A stretch of DNA of 62,606 bases, filler included, from 9 parts of 9 records of this genome joined end to end with filler, not necessarily neighbours in it; one strand, 5' to 3'. Shown: positions 38,667 to 50,257, numbered from the whole stretch's first letter. Numbers and translations: made by a program. The notes: generated by a model not told the origin, from the sequence alone.

Positions 38667-40505
38667 ATGGCACTCTTGGTCAGAAACCTGCTGGTTTTCT
38701 TTATTCTCTGTTTTGTGCTGTTTATTGGCGGGATGATATTTCATCTGGAGACACGGCTTCCCCAGAAGGACTATTCCGATCTGCTCGACGATATTGACCA
38801 GAATCTTGTTGCGGAGTTGACGGTTACCGGTGATGTCGTAGAGGTCGCCAGGGACGACGGGGTGAGTTACCGGACAGTGGTACAGGAGCCCGCCTACCTG
38901 GTTTCGAGCTGGCACGGCGGCGATATACATGTTTCCTACAGGCAGGATTATTCCACGCTCCTCTTCTGTGCGCTGTTCATTGTTTTCGGGGTGTCGCTTC
39001 TCCTGGTATCCTGGCTTTCCCTGCGGGTGAGCCGAGAGACTCCGGCCTCTCTTTTCGCAGGGGAAAAGCTGATCGTACCGGGAGCCGAACTGCAGCGTGT
39101 CACCTTCGATGATGTGGCGGGCATTCCCGAGGCCAAGGAGGAACTGGAGGAAATTGTCGGTTTTTTGAAAAATCCGGAGCGCTATAATGAAATTGGAGCG
39201 ACTACCCCGAAGGGAGTACTGCTCCAGGGACCGCCCGGAACCGGTAAAACCCTGCTTGCCAGGGCTATTGCCGGGGAGGCGGGGGTTCCGTTCTATAGCT
39301 TCAGCGGGTCAGATTTTGTGGAGATGTTCGTCGGCGTGGGCGCGTCCCGCGTCAGGGACCTCTTCAGCGAGGCAAAAAAACAGGCGCCGTGTATCGTGTT
39401 TATTGACGAGATCGATGCGGTCGGGGCCAGCAGGAAATCCAGTACCTCCGACGGGAGCGACGAGCGGGGACAGACACTGAACGCTTTGCTTGTCGAGCTG
39501 GACGGCTTCAGTCCGTCCGATAACATCGTTGTACTCGCGGCCACCAATCGACCTGATATCCTCGATCCGGCCCTGAAGCGATCCGGCCGTTTTGACCGGC
39601 AGATCACGATCGTGCCTCCCGACATTAAGGGCAGAAAGAAAATCCTCGATGTACATTGCGGAAAAGTCAGGGTGAGCAACGAGGTGGATCTCCAGGATAT
39701 CGCGGTGATGACCTCCGGTTTCACCGGTGCGGAGCTCGCGAGCCTGGTGAACGAGGCGGCACTGCTGGCCGCCAGGACCGGAAAAAGCGAAATCGATCAG
39801 GCTGATTTCGATCTGGCCCACGACCGGATCCTGCTCGGGGTCGAACGCAAGGGAATGGTCATCACCGAGCGCGAGAAACGTATCCTCGCGTTTCACGAGG
39901 CGGGGCACGCGATCGTCGCGAAGCTGCTGCCCGACTCCGACCCCGTCCACAAGATCACCATCATCCCGCGCGGCAGGGCGCTCGGCCAGACCCAGCAGCT
40001 GCCGATGAACGAGCGCCAGGCCTACTCGAAGCAGTACCTGAAAAACCGGATTACCACACTGATGGGAGGCCGGGCAGCGGAGGAGCTGGTCTTCGGCATC
40101 CAGACTACCGGTGGGCAGTCAGACATCCAGCAGGCAACCGACCTGGCAACCAGCATGGTCTGCAAGTGGGGGATGAGCAAGGGGCTGGGGCCGCAGGTCT
40201 ACATCGTGGATGACGGTGATTTTCTCGGACCGTCGAATAGACGCCTGGCGATGAGTACCAGAACAGAGAATCAGGTTGATCGTGAAATCAGGAATCTGCT
40301 CGATGAATGTTACCGCGAGGCAATCGCGATTCTGAGCAACGAGAGACTCTTTCTCTCCGTACTGGCGGATATCCTGATGCAGGTTGAAACGGTGGACGGA
40401 GAAGAGTTCGATATCATTTACTCCTGTTCAGTCAAGAAGAGGTACGAATTCCAGATGGATCACGACCTGCCTGATGTCTGTGAAACCGATGGCACCGGTT
40501 CCTGA
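38667..40505 (+). CDS. ftsH: ATP-dependent zinc metalloprotease FtsH (paralog)
   Basis: Two TM helices, [37 protein letters not shown]. Confidence 0.95.
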   Translation: MALLVRNLLVFFILCFVLFIGGMIFHLETRLPQKDYSDLLDDIDQNLVAELTVTGDVVEVARDDGVSYRTVVQEPAYLVSSWHGGDIHVSYRQDYSTLLFCALFIVFGVSLLLVSWLSLRVSRETPASLFAGEKLIVPGAELQRVTFDDVAGIPEAKEELEEIVGFLKNPERYNEIGATTPKGVLLQGPPGTGKTLLARAIAGEAGVPFYSFSGSDFVEMFVGVGASRVRDLFSEAKKQAPCIVFIDEIDAVGASRKSSTSDGSDERGQTLNALLVELDGFSPSDNIVVLAATNRPDILDPALKRSGRFDRQITIVPPDIKGRKKILDVHCGKVRVSNEVDLQDIAVMTSGFTGAELASLVNEAALLAARTGKSEIDQADFDLAHDRILLGVERKGMVITEREKRILAFHEAGHAIVAKLLPDSDPVHKITIIPRGRALGQTQQLPMNERQAYSKQYLKNRITTLMGGRAAEELVFGIQTTGGQSDIQQATDLATSMVCKWGMSKGLGPQVYIVDDGDFLGPSNRRLAMSTRTENQVDREIRNLLDECYREAIAILSNERLFLSVLADILMQVETVDGEEFDIIYSCSVKKRYEFQMDHDLPDVCETDGTGS

Positions 40506-40514
40506 CGATTCGTC

Positions 40515-41438
40515 ATGCCCGCATCGGTAAAAAATCTTGTCTACCTGAGTTTTATCATCGTCGGCCTTTCGCTGTCGGTCGTACTCGTGCTCGGGGTGCG
40601 CCACTATCGGCTCACAACCCATTACGCTGAGGTCAATGTTCTTCTCGAGCGCACGCTGTTTGCGTTCGACACGATACGGGAGCAGGCCGGCGAGGCGATG
40701 ATCACCGGTGACTCCGCCGCCCTGAAAAGCCTGATCCCTGATATCGAACAACTCAATACGCAGGTTCTGCAACTCTCTGATCATCCGGTGATACCCGCCA
40801 GTTATCGGCTGGCGATGGCGGAGGGGCTCGACCTGAGCGGTCTGGTCATCGGGTTACGGCGACTTGAAACGGCCAACGAAATCGAGGTCGCACGTCTGGA
40901 GCAGTTTCGTGCAATGCGGCGAGTCAGAGATACGCTGCTCGGCGTCGATCGCATCATCACCTCCTCCATCCGCGACTCGGTGATCGCATTTCAATTGACG
41001 GTTATCGGCACCATGGGGTTCCTTATCAGCTGTGCGAGTTTCGTCCTTATCGTGCTGTATAAACGTGGCGTCTCGCCACTGCTCCATCTCTCATCCCAGG
41101 CTGAGGCCGCGCGCAGCGGAGAGCTGCAGGCCTTCTCGTACCCCTCCGATTCCGCAACGGAGATTGCCGCATTCGTGGACTCGGTCAACGAGCTGCTTGT
41201 AGATGCACAGAGCCGATCCAGCTCGACAAATCAGGAGAATGTGCCCGGATTTGACCAACTCCAGCACACGATAAATGAAACAGCCAACCGCCTCAACGCG
41301 GTCATCAATTACGGCCAACTGCTTCTCGAATCCGATTCATTGACCGACAAACAGCGGGAGATGCTCACTGAAATCGTCGAGAGTGGCGAGCGGATCGGCG
41401 AGAGCTGGCTATCTATCAGCTCGAACTTCGACGAGTAA
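40515..41438 (+). CDS. Membrane protein with sensor-kinase-like architecture but no phospho-His and no ATPase domain
   Basis: TM-periplasmic-TM-HAMP-like (EIAAFVDSVNEL) then INETANRLNAVINYGQLL resembling a HisKA helix. Confidence 0.6.
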   Translation: MPASVKNLVYLSFIIVGLSLSVVLVLGVRHYRLTTHYAEVNVLLERTLFAFDTIREQAGEAMITGDSAALKSLIPDIEQLNTQVLQLSDHPVIPASYRLAMAEGLDLSGLVIGLRRLETANEIEVARLEQFRAMRRVRDTLLGVDRIITSSIRDSVIAFQLTVIGTMGFLISCASFVLIVLYKRGVSPLLHLSSQAEAARSGELQAFSYPSDSATEIAAFVDSVNELLVDAQSRSSSTNQENVPGFDQLQHTINETANRLNAVINYGQLLLESDSLTDKQREMLTEIVESGERIGESWLSISSNFDE

Positions 41439-41656
41439 TACCTCATCATACTCCCTGCAATCTCCATCCTTGTTTCAATCGTTTCTTTCATTTCTTTGAT
41501 TTATTAAGTGTTCTTAATCGTTTCTTAATACGCATGTACTACGATGAATTGTCTCGTGGCAGTCGCGCTCGTCCGTCTAAAGTATGTGTGCCGGCTGCAC
41601 TCACACGCTGGTCAGGCGGGAACCGGGCATTTACAATCAGGCGGAAAAGAAGGACT

Positions 41657-44445
41657 ATGCAGGACAGGAATACAGAGAAATCCATACGCGCAGTCCGGAG
41701 TCTGAGGCTGCGCTACATCATCGGCCTGAGTGTGATCGCTCTGCTCGTTACGGCGTCCTACGTCACCATGCAGCGGGTGATCTCTGAGCAGCGCAACTTC
41801 GCCTCCCTCATCAACCTGGCCGGGCACCAGTCCGGCCAGGTCAACCGGATCGCCTATTTCAGCAGTCTGATGGCGACCACCGACGACGAGACTGAATTTC
41901 AGATGGCGAAGGCACAGGTGGGGCGCACGATCAACAAGCTCAGGGAGGGGCACGCGATCCTGCACAGGGGTGATCCGGAAAGCGGTGAGCCGCCAGTGCT
42001 CAACGACGAGCTTCGAATGATTTACGATGATCCGACGGTGGGCCTCCATCACAGTCTGACGCTGTTTATCGAGAATGCGGAACGGGTCTACGCAAGTGAC
42101 ATGGAGGAACTGTCTTCCGGATCGATCAGCTTTATCTTCCTGACCACGTACGGGCCGCATGTACTGGAACCGATGCTCGATGCCGCAGTCGATGAATACG
42201 AAAAGATCGGAAAAGCGGCGATCCTGCAGATCGAGCGACTGGAGGTGTTTATCTGGATTACGGCGCTTGTGGTGCTGCTGCTGGAGATCCAGTTAATCTT
42301 CAGACCGCTGGAGGGACATGTTCGGAATAGCATAAAATCACTCGAAAAAACGGTTTCGGAGATGCGTATTACCCGCAAGCGTCTGGTGGCCGCCCAGGAG
42401 CTAGCATTGGTCGGGGACTGGCAGTTCGACTCCGACGGGAACACGCTGACCTGGTCTGATCAGGTGTATCGGATCTGCGGCGTCTCTCCCAAGGCGTTCG
42501 ACGTGACCCTCGATTCATTTCTCAGTCTCATTCATAACCTGGACCGCTCGATGGTTGCCACTTCCTTCAAAACGGTGAGGAGCAATAACCAGCTGCTCAA
42601 CATGAAATACCGGGTGGTCAGGCCGGATGGCGGTGAACGTCTCGTGAATCAACAGGTTGTCGTACGGGAGAGTGAGTACGGGGGCGCCGATATCGTGTCT
42701 GGAACGATTCAGGACATTACCGAGACACGGGAATTGTCCACCCGGCTGCAAAAGCTGTCCGAGAATATTCCAGGGTTCATCTTCCAGTTTCAGCTCGGTG
42801 AAGACGGTAATTCATGGTTTCCCTACGCCAGCAAGGGGATCGGTGAAACCATCGGCGTCCAGCTTGATCAGGTGCGCCACAGTGCGGGGGTGATCGACCT
42901 CGTACATGCAGGTGATGTGAAACGACTGCGGCAGAAGATCGCACTTTCTGCCAGGGACCTGAACGGCTGGCAGGCTCGGTTCCGACTCAATCATCCTGAG
43001 CGGGGTGTGGTCTGGCTCGAGGGGCACGCGACACCGGAGCGGATCGCCGGGGGCGGCGTTCTCTGGCACGGTTATCTTTGTGACGTGACAGAGCGGAAAC
43101 ATTCCGAGGACCAGATCAGGCAGCTGGCGCTGTATGATCCGCTGACGAAGCTTGCCAACCGGCGGCTGCTCAGGGAACGGCTCAAGCTGGCGCTTGCATG
43201 TGCGCGCCGCACCCGGACATGGGGCGCCCTGCTGATGCTCGATATGGATAATTTCAAAACCCTTAACGATACCCAGGGACACAATATCGGGGATGCACTG
43301 CTGGTTGAAGTCAGCGGGAGGTTGCAGGAGTGCGTGAGGGAAACCGATACGATTTGTCGGCTCGGCGGAGACGAATTCGTGATTGTACTGGAGTGGGTCG
43401 GTGATACCCTTGAACAAGGTGAGAAGAAATCCATTGAGATCGCAGAGCGGGTGAGGGCGGCATTGGGCAGGCCCTACATACTCGGAGAGCAGTTCCATGT
43501 GTATCACGCCAGTGCCAGCATCGGGATCGCACTGTTCAGCGGTGGTGGTGAGAGCGACGGTGAGCTGCTCAAGCGTGCCGATGTGGCGATGTTCGAGGCA
43601 AAGGAGCTAGGTCGCAACCGGGTGTGTCTGTTTACCGAGCAGAGGCAGTCGGTGGTCACTTCGAGAAGCACGATGGCTGCAAATTTGCAGCGGGCGATCG
43701 ATGGGAAACAGTTTGCACTGCATTACCAGCCGCAATTTTTCGCCCAGGGACGGTTGTGCGGCGCGGAGGCACTGCTGCGCTGGACCCTCCGGGCGATCTG
43801 CCGGTATCACCGGCGACGTTTATCCCGCTCGCTGAGGAGACGGGGATGATTATCCCCATTGGCGAGTGGGTACTCGAGACCGCCTGTCGAGACCTCCTCG
43901 AGTTGACGGGCAGCGAGCTGCCGGACCATTTCAAGATATCTGTCAATATCAGTCCCTGCCAGTTATCGGACAGTGACTTCCTCGATAAGGTGGAAGAAAT
44001 CATAGCCAGAAGCGGGGTCGATAGCAGATACATCAAGATGGAGTTGACCGAGACCAGCCTCATCCAGGATCTCGATCGGGGCAGGAAAATCCTCCACGGG
44101 TTGAGACACCTCGGGATATCCGTCGATCTGGATGATTTCGGGACAGGCTACTCGTCGCTCAACTCACTGAAAAATCTTCCGCTCGATGCGCTGAAGCTCG
44201 ACTGCAGCCTCGTTCATGGGATTGGCGGTGACGTCAGGGACGAAGCTATCGTGCGGGCGGCAATCGCGATGGCCAAAGCGCTGTCGCTGACTATCGTCGC
44301 CGAGGGGGTGGAGAGTGTGGCGCAGCAGGATTTCCTCGTCAGAGAGGGGTGCGACATGCTCCAGGGCTATCTGCTCGGCAAACCGATTCCGTTTGAGGTC
44401 TTTACCAGACGATGGGTCCCGCTCGACGGGGTGAGGAAAAACTGA
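41657..44445 (+). CDS. Diguanylate cyclase/phosphodiesterase: NarX/PilJ-like sensor-PAS-PAS-GGDEF-EAL (apparent frameshift near 43787)
   Basis: INLAGHQS P-box-like, two PAS domains, RLGGDEF, YQPQ..EALLRW, ELTET, DDFGTGYSSL, AEGVE, QGY. Confidence 0.9.
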
Positions 44446-44454
44446 GCGACCGGT

Positions 44455-44973
44455 TTACTCCTTCTGATATCGTTCTCGCAGTTCCGGCGAAACTTTGTTA
44501 TAGCCGCATTCGAAGTAGGTGCAACGTGAGCAGGTGAACAGGAAGAGGGACATGACGAGCACCGCCATGGAAGCGAAGTAGATGATCAACAGGGCCCATT
44601 CATTCACCAGCCAGTAGACGGGGAATAACGCGACGGTCGCCATTCCCACCGGTGTGTATACCTTGTTGAAGGAGCTCTCCGGCTCCGCATTTTCCTTGAA
44701 CAGTTTAGGAACACCCCACAACCACATGCACTGCAGCGTCTTTCCAGGCTGGCGGTAATAGGCGCAGTGCGTGCATTTCATCCTAAATATGATTGACAGG
44801 TGTACCAGAAACGTGAGGACGAACCCGAGCATCCACCATCGTGATTCCGCATATGCATAGATGGCATAGAGTCCGACGAAGGCGGGGACAAAGGTGGCGA
44901 GCTTGAAAAAGGCAAACGTCTGGTATGGGATCCGATTCAGCAGGTTGGTTGGAGGACATTCAATGGTGCTCAT
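44455..44973 (-). CDS. Hypothetical 4-TM membrane protein with two CxxC motifs
   Basis: RBS ggag; CTHCAYY...C and CSRCTYFEC each follow a TM hairpin. Confidence 0.65.
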   Translation of the reverse strand: MSTIECPPTNLLNRIPYQTFAFFKLATFVPAFVGLYAIYAYAESRWWMLGFVLTFLVHLSIIFRMKCTHCAYYRQPGKTLQCMWLWGVPKLFKENAEPESSFNKVYTPVGMATVALFPVYWLVNEWALLIIYFASMAVLVMSLFLFTCSRCTYFECGYNKVSPELRERYQKE

Positions 44974-45419
44974 GGTTTCACTCTCCGTGGTGTCTTATGG
45001 GCTGGCCTGACGCAGCAGTGGATTGTCACTATAAAATATTCGGGGAAAACGTGTATAAGATTTTGATGAGACGGAGATTAGATCAAATCAAGCGTAAACG
45101 GTGCCCTTTCTTTCCACGATGTTCCACTGCCTGGATATTGATTATGATAACCATTGGTTAGTGGCTAAATAGGAGCATTAACAAGACGCAATCGGACGAT
45201 GGCCGGTTCCGCCCTATCGGAAAGCTAATGGAAAAATAATAGAGAGGATCTCGATTTAAACTCAGGTATTCCATGATGTTACACGAGATTTTCCGATCTT
45301 CGGGAAAAATTGAATATCTCGTTTTGTCGACTTAGAGTAGGAGTAACAAGGGCATACATTCAGCATGCCCCTTGAAGGACATCAACGGGATCATCCTGCC
45401 CATAGAACAGGAATTTGCC

Positions 45420-45503
45420 ATGTTTGGAGAAATATTTGTCCTCATCGCGCTGGCGGTCGGTATCCTCTGGTGTGTTCGTGCGACACGCTTGAAAGATAAA
45501 TAG
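45420..45503 (+). CDS. Putative 27-aa single-TM small protein MFGEIFVLIALAVGILWCVRATRLKDK
   Basis: AGGA 7 nt upstream of the ATG; hydrophobic core plus basic tail; below the ORF-track cutoff. Confidence 0.45.
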   Translation: MFGEIFVLIALAVGILWCVRATRLKDK

Positions 45504-45928
45504 CGGTCTCTCTGATCGGGATGACGATGCGGCGATTCCCGTCGTTCACTTGTTCCTCCGGGGCACCGTGCTATCGACCTTCATGACGGAGATCTGTCGT
45601 GTGAATACCCATATACATGCGTTCACGCATTCACCCATCGGCTGGCATATGAAATAAGAAATATCATCCTGCCTAACATTGTCCTAACGAAAAAATAATG
45701 TGTGACCTCGTGACCGGGGGCGTTTCCTTCCCCCGGCCAGATGCGGGCTAATTTGTCTAATGATTATGACTATTTTACCGGTTCTCCCAAGACGTTTCTC
45801 AATCCATGTATTCATTCAACGCGCATACGGTGTTGTGATCCGAACGTCTCGAGTCGTAGATGAGATTGACAAGGTTGGATCGGTATCGATAGAATTTCAG
45901 ATATCCCCCTATTCAGCACGGAGGTACC

Positions 45929-46267
45929 ATGAACAAGCGACGCGTACAGAGGAAATCGGTATCCGACACGTCGGTGGAGATTTTTGATGGCAGCAGTCAG
46001 ATCGCCGGGGTCGTCAATAACGTCTCCACTACCGGAATTGAAACCTGCCTGGAATCGGCCGCATTGAGTTCCAACTCCGCTAAATACGAACTGCGACTGG
46101 CCTGTAACGGGAAAACCTATCGGGTCAGTGCAATACCGCGGTGGCACAAATGTGAAGGCACGCAGAGCAGGATTGGGTTGAGGATCTGCGAAGCACCCCG
46201 GGACTGGTCATACTTTGTCCAGGCATTTCCCGCTGCAGCCCCGAAAAACGACGAATTCGATTACTGA
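45929..46267 (+). CDS. PilZ-domain protein
   Basis: RBS ggagg; KRRVQR (RxxxR) and NVSTTG (D/NxSxxG) c-di-GMP motifs. Confidence 0.75.
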   Translation: MNKRRVQRKSVSDTSVEIFDGSSQIAGVVNNVSTTGIETCLESAALSSNSAKYELRLACNGKTYRVSAIPRWHKCEGTQSRIGLRICEAPRDWSYFVQAFPAAAPKNDEFDY

Positions 46268-46295
46268 GATACGTCTGGATCACGGTTTCGGCTTT

Positions 46296-46500
46296 ATCTC
46301 TGAAAACGGTTCATTTTTCGCTGACATCAGGAAACGTGATCTGCTGATTCACCTTCCATATGAGATCAGCTAGGAGGTACGGAACCACGAGGAGGGAAAG
46401 CCTGCCGGCATTAAAGCGAAAATCAACCAACTCCAGGATCGAAAGATCATTCGGGCACTCTACCTGGCCAGCCAGGCGGGTGTTTCAATATCGCTCAATG
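46296..46500 (+). pseudogene. ppk1: Polyphosphate kinase 1 relic with internal deletion and stop codon
   Basis: One frame reads FFADIRKRDLLIHLPYEIS*EVRNHEEGKPAGIKAKINQLQDRKIIRALYLASQAGVSISLN, two non-adjacent PPK1 motifs joined. Confidence 0.7.
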
Positions 46501-46648
46501 AGATAATACCAACTCTTGGGAAATGCAGGCTAATTCAATCTATAAGCGAAAAACACCCGGTTCTTGGGAAGAGCCGTCAACCGCCCAGCAACGCTTTGCA
46601 GCACATCCCTTTATCGCGTAAATAACTTCGATCGGAGATCCGTAACTA

Positions 46649-46948
46649 TCAACCGAAGCGGCCGGTGATGTAGTCTTCCGTCAGCTGGTGGCTCGGGTTG
46701 GTGAAGATCTGGTCGGTGTTGCCGACTTCGACGAGGTTGCCGAGATGGAAGTATGCGGTTCTTTGTGACACCCTGGCGGCCTGCTGCATTGCATGGGTGA
46801 CGATGACGATCGAATACTGGGCGCGCAGTTCCGCGATCAGTTCCTCGATCTTCGCGGTTGCAATCGGGTCGAGCGCCGAGCAGGGCTCATCCATCAGAAT
46901 GACCTCAGGGCTGACCGCGATGGCGCGGGCGATGCAGAGACGCTGCTG
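46649..46948 (-). CDS. pstB: Phosphate ABC transporter ATPase, C-terminal part
   Basis: [32 protein letters not shown]. Confidence 0.93.
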   Translation of the reverse strand, partial: QQRLCIARAIAVSPEVILMDEPCSALDPIATAKIEELIAELRAQYSIVIVTHAMQQAARVSQRTAYFHLGNLVEVGNTDQIFTNPSHQLTEDYITGRFG

Positions 46949-47048
46949 NNNNNNNNNNNNNNNNNNNNNNNNNNNNNNNNNNNNNNNNNNNNTTAATTAA
47001 TTAANNNNNNNNNNNNNNNNNNNNNNNNNNNNNNNNNNNNNNNNNNNN
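46949..47048. other. Artificial contig spacer
   Basis: N run plus TTAATTAATTAA. Confidence 0.99.
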
Positions 47049-47226
47049 AAAACCGCTGGTGCCAGGAGGCATAGACCACCTTCCCCTTTTCATTTAATAC
47101 CTTATTTTCATTTTCGGTATCCACCATCCGTATCCTGTAGGTGGCAGATAAAAGCCGGACCAGGAAAAGCCCGGCATATGGGAAAATATAGTGATAAAGC
47201 AGGTAGTTGCATCTCTTTCTTATCAT
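47049..47226 (-). CDS. Lysophospholipid acyltransferase-family / DUF374 protein, N-terminal part
   Basis: LLSATYRI...VVYASWHQRF motif; RBS gaggg. Confidence 0.6.
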
Positions 47227-47670
47227 GAATTCCCTCCTGATCAGTCATGGATTTTTATCACAGACTGCCTATTTTTCCAAGATCCGGCCCATAGATTCCC
47301 ACCGCTTTGGAATAGAATGGTCACGGTCCAATAATTACGGACTAAAGCTTTCAGGCATTCTTCTGGGGGAACGTCTGATTTGCGGTATCGACTGGACGAT
47401 TTTAAGGCATAAAAACTTCCCGGCACCGGCCCTGTCCCTGACGGCAGCCCCCCTTTACATGATCCGGATATAGTGGTATGGAGTTTGGCGGATAGCCGGC
47501 AGGAATGCGCTCTATTATAGGATACCTGCCTCGCTGTCTTTTCGTGAAGTTCAAATTGTATCCTGATTTTATATTGTTTAATCAGGCCTTGTATCTTTTG
47601 ACAGATCTTTATATTTCCGACCTTTCGGTTATGCAGCATTGGCGTTTACCCTCAGCACAGGATATATGAC

Positions 47671-49219
47671 CATGACAAAAAAACTGGCTGCCCTGATTTT
47701 CCTATCCCTGTTCTTTTTCACTCCCTGCCGGGCCGGCAATACTAAAATCCCGTCCTTTCTGCCGGATTATTACTCACCAATTTTTCAAATAGATAAACAA
47801 GAATGGATTTTTGTCCAACATACCGATGCGGACGGGGTGGACAAGTGGGCCTACGAATCAGAGGACCGGTATATGGGGTTACTCATCGAAAATATCAAAT
47901 GCGACACCCCGCGCTGTAAATCCTTTTTCAATAATATTCTCGGGCATTTAAACAGGCAAATGAAAGAGAAAAACGGCGCCTTCCTGGAAATCACCCAGCG
48001 GGAAATCCATGCCAGACTCAGTGGAAAAGGCAGGTATCTATCGATTTTTGTTTACGCATTCCCGGCATCTATTCAAATCTGGACCTATTCCATGGCGCCT
48101 GCCGCAAGTCAGAACACGGAAAAATATTTCAGCAGGATTAAAGATCTGGCAAACAGGCTGAGATATGACCAGGCGCTGTCCCAGGGCAATGTTGCCATGG
48201 GGCATTGGGGCCCTCAAGTCTATCAATATGCCTCACAATTGCTCAAAAAAGATAAAAACGCCCGCAGTGTTTTCAACCATCTTCTGGCCACATCCCCCTT
48301 TAATTATAAAGCCCATGCTGATTTCATGGCGCAGATCGCAGAGCCTGAATCCGCTTTAAACAGCGGCAAAATCATTTTCAAAAACGCAGAAGATCCCCAA
48401 TTGATCGACAGGGCTGCGCGTTTCTTAAACCGGCCCCTTAAAACCATTCAATCCATTCCCCTATTGTCCCCCGGTGAGACAGGGCTCCAGCTCATACTGA
48501 TTCCCTTAGGGTCCTGCCATCTTCTTGCCCTGGAAGAGTCAGCCCAAATTTATGAAAAAATGACAGGCATCACAACAAAGATTCGCCGGTTACCTGAAGA
48601 ATGGCACCTGGGAGCACCAGACCGCATCCCTTTTCAGCGGAAAATCCAGGAAGTTCTCATTCAGCTTGAAAAAAAGGATATTAAATTCACGGGCTGGACA
48701 AAACTTAAATATCTGGACGGTTTGATGAAACAGAGGGCATCCCAGGATCCCCTGTCGGCATATTACATCCAGGATCTCATTGACAAGGTCAATCAGGGAG
48801 CCGGCCAATATTTCGCAGACCCCCACCTGGACTGGTTCTGCCGATCATTGTCCAATTACCGTTCAAAAGACCATCGCACCATGTATGTGGGCGTTACGGA
48901 CGTCAATATCTTTTCAGGCGACAATAATTATGTCTTCAGTCTGGGCAGAACCAGCGGGCCGTCCCGGGCCAGCATACTCTCCTACCACATGATGCTGGCC
49001 AAGACCCTTTCCGAGGGCTATGAAGATCGACAGCGTCTGACCGAACGTATGGCAAAGGAATTGGTGCCTGCCAGCCTCAAACAACTTGGGATTCCCCGCA
49101 GCACGGATCCCACCTGCCCCTATTCCTATTCCGGCGGGGTTCAAAGACTCGACCAGAAAACCCTGAATCTGTCGGATCCTGTGAAAAAGGCGGTGCAAAA
49201 AATGATGACCAGGCAATAG
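47671..49219 (+). CDS. Exported hypothetical protein with C-terminal archaemetzincin (M54)-like domain lacking zinc ligands
   Basis: Signal peptide; VGVTDVNIF...NYVFS...SILS...RMAKELVPASLKQLGIPRSTDPTCPYSYS...LDQK. Confidence 0.6.
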
Positions 49220-49329
49220 GATGCCGGCCCGGGCATAATCCCGGGTCGGAGCCGATCGGGACTGCCCCCGTGAGGCCGGTCATTTACAGGCCGGGGCCTG
49301 TTTATAAAAAATTAGGGCTGCATATTTTT

Positions 49330-49985
49330 TCAGTGACGGGATTTTTTATCTTTCCGGAATGTATAGGCCATGCCCAGCATCCCTGTACCAAAGAGCCATA
49401 AGGAAGAGGGAACCGGAACGGCACTGGCATTTTTAAGGGAAACCGTATCAATAAAACCCCCCAGGGTGTTATCCCGCCCAAAGGCGCTGAATCTCATCTT
49501 ATGGGAACCGGATTCGGCAATGGAAAAAGTCCAGCGGACTTCTTCCCAGGTCCCGGTCATCTCTTTATTTTTCTTGCTGATTCTACCGATTTCGGCATCA
49601 CTGATAAATCCTTTGATGCCGTTATCGTTCCCCCCTTGTCTGTACGGGCGTGATACCAGAAGGAAAGCTCATAAATGCCGGCATCGAGAAATACGGTTTT
49701 AAAAATGGAACTATTGGTTTTTCTGCCCCGGTCACTGTCCAGTTCCACATAATAGTCCCCGGAATGGGCTTTGATCACGGTATTCCGCTGAACCTCCACA
49801 CCGCTTCCCCGGGTTTCCCATCCGGGGATGCTTTTATAGACGTCCCACCCCGTACCGGTCAGTCCAAGCCCGGCATCCGTATCAAAATCACTGTTCTCCA
49901 GATTAATAACTGCGGCATGTGCGGGTAAGAAAACAAATAATAGAGCCGCCAAAACCCCGGAAATCGTCAGTCTGATATGCGTCAT
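49330..49985 (-). CDS. PEP-CTERM/VPLPA-CTERM exosortase-target surface protein (apparent frameshift near 49632)
   Basis: Signal peptide, YVELDS carbohydrate-binding-like domain, C-terminal AVPVPSSLWLFGTGMLGMAYTFRK. Confidence 0.75.
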
Positions 49986-50257
49986 TTTTTTTCCTTTAAT
50001 TCAAAGATACCGGTATTTATTTCCATTGATTCGTCATTGAAGATATATGTGATACCGCCCCAGGTGAATACGCCGAAAGTACCATTTTTTAATTGGTATC
50101 TGTCAGGCGGGTTGAAATAGACTGTACACCCGGGCAAGTTCCCGGATTTCCGTTTGCTTTCATGGGGCAGGTCTGTTAAGAAATTTGTTTTTTGGAAGTA
50201 TCGTTGATGTTGAGTTAAGAGTTGAGTTGAGTTGAATTGATCCAAAAAGGAGCTTCC

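Noticed and set aside
44974-45928. c-di-GMP riboswitch in the long intergenic region near the GGDEF and PilZ genes
   Set aside because: No GEMM-type GGCAAAC...GAAA...GACGCAAAGC pattern was found by eye on either strand.
47241-47639. 132-aa minus-strand ORF
   Set aside because: No RBS or motif and atypical composition; probably the divergent promoter region.
50203-50240. (GTTGA)n short repeats upstream of the MCP
   Set aside because: Short, imperfect and low-complexity, with no evidence for phase variation or other function.
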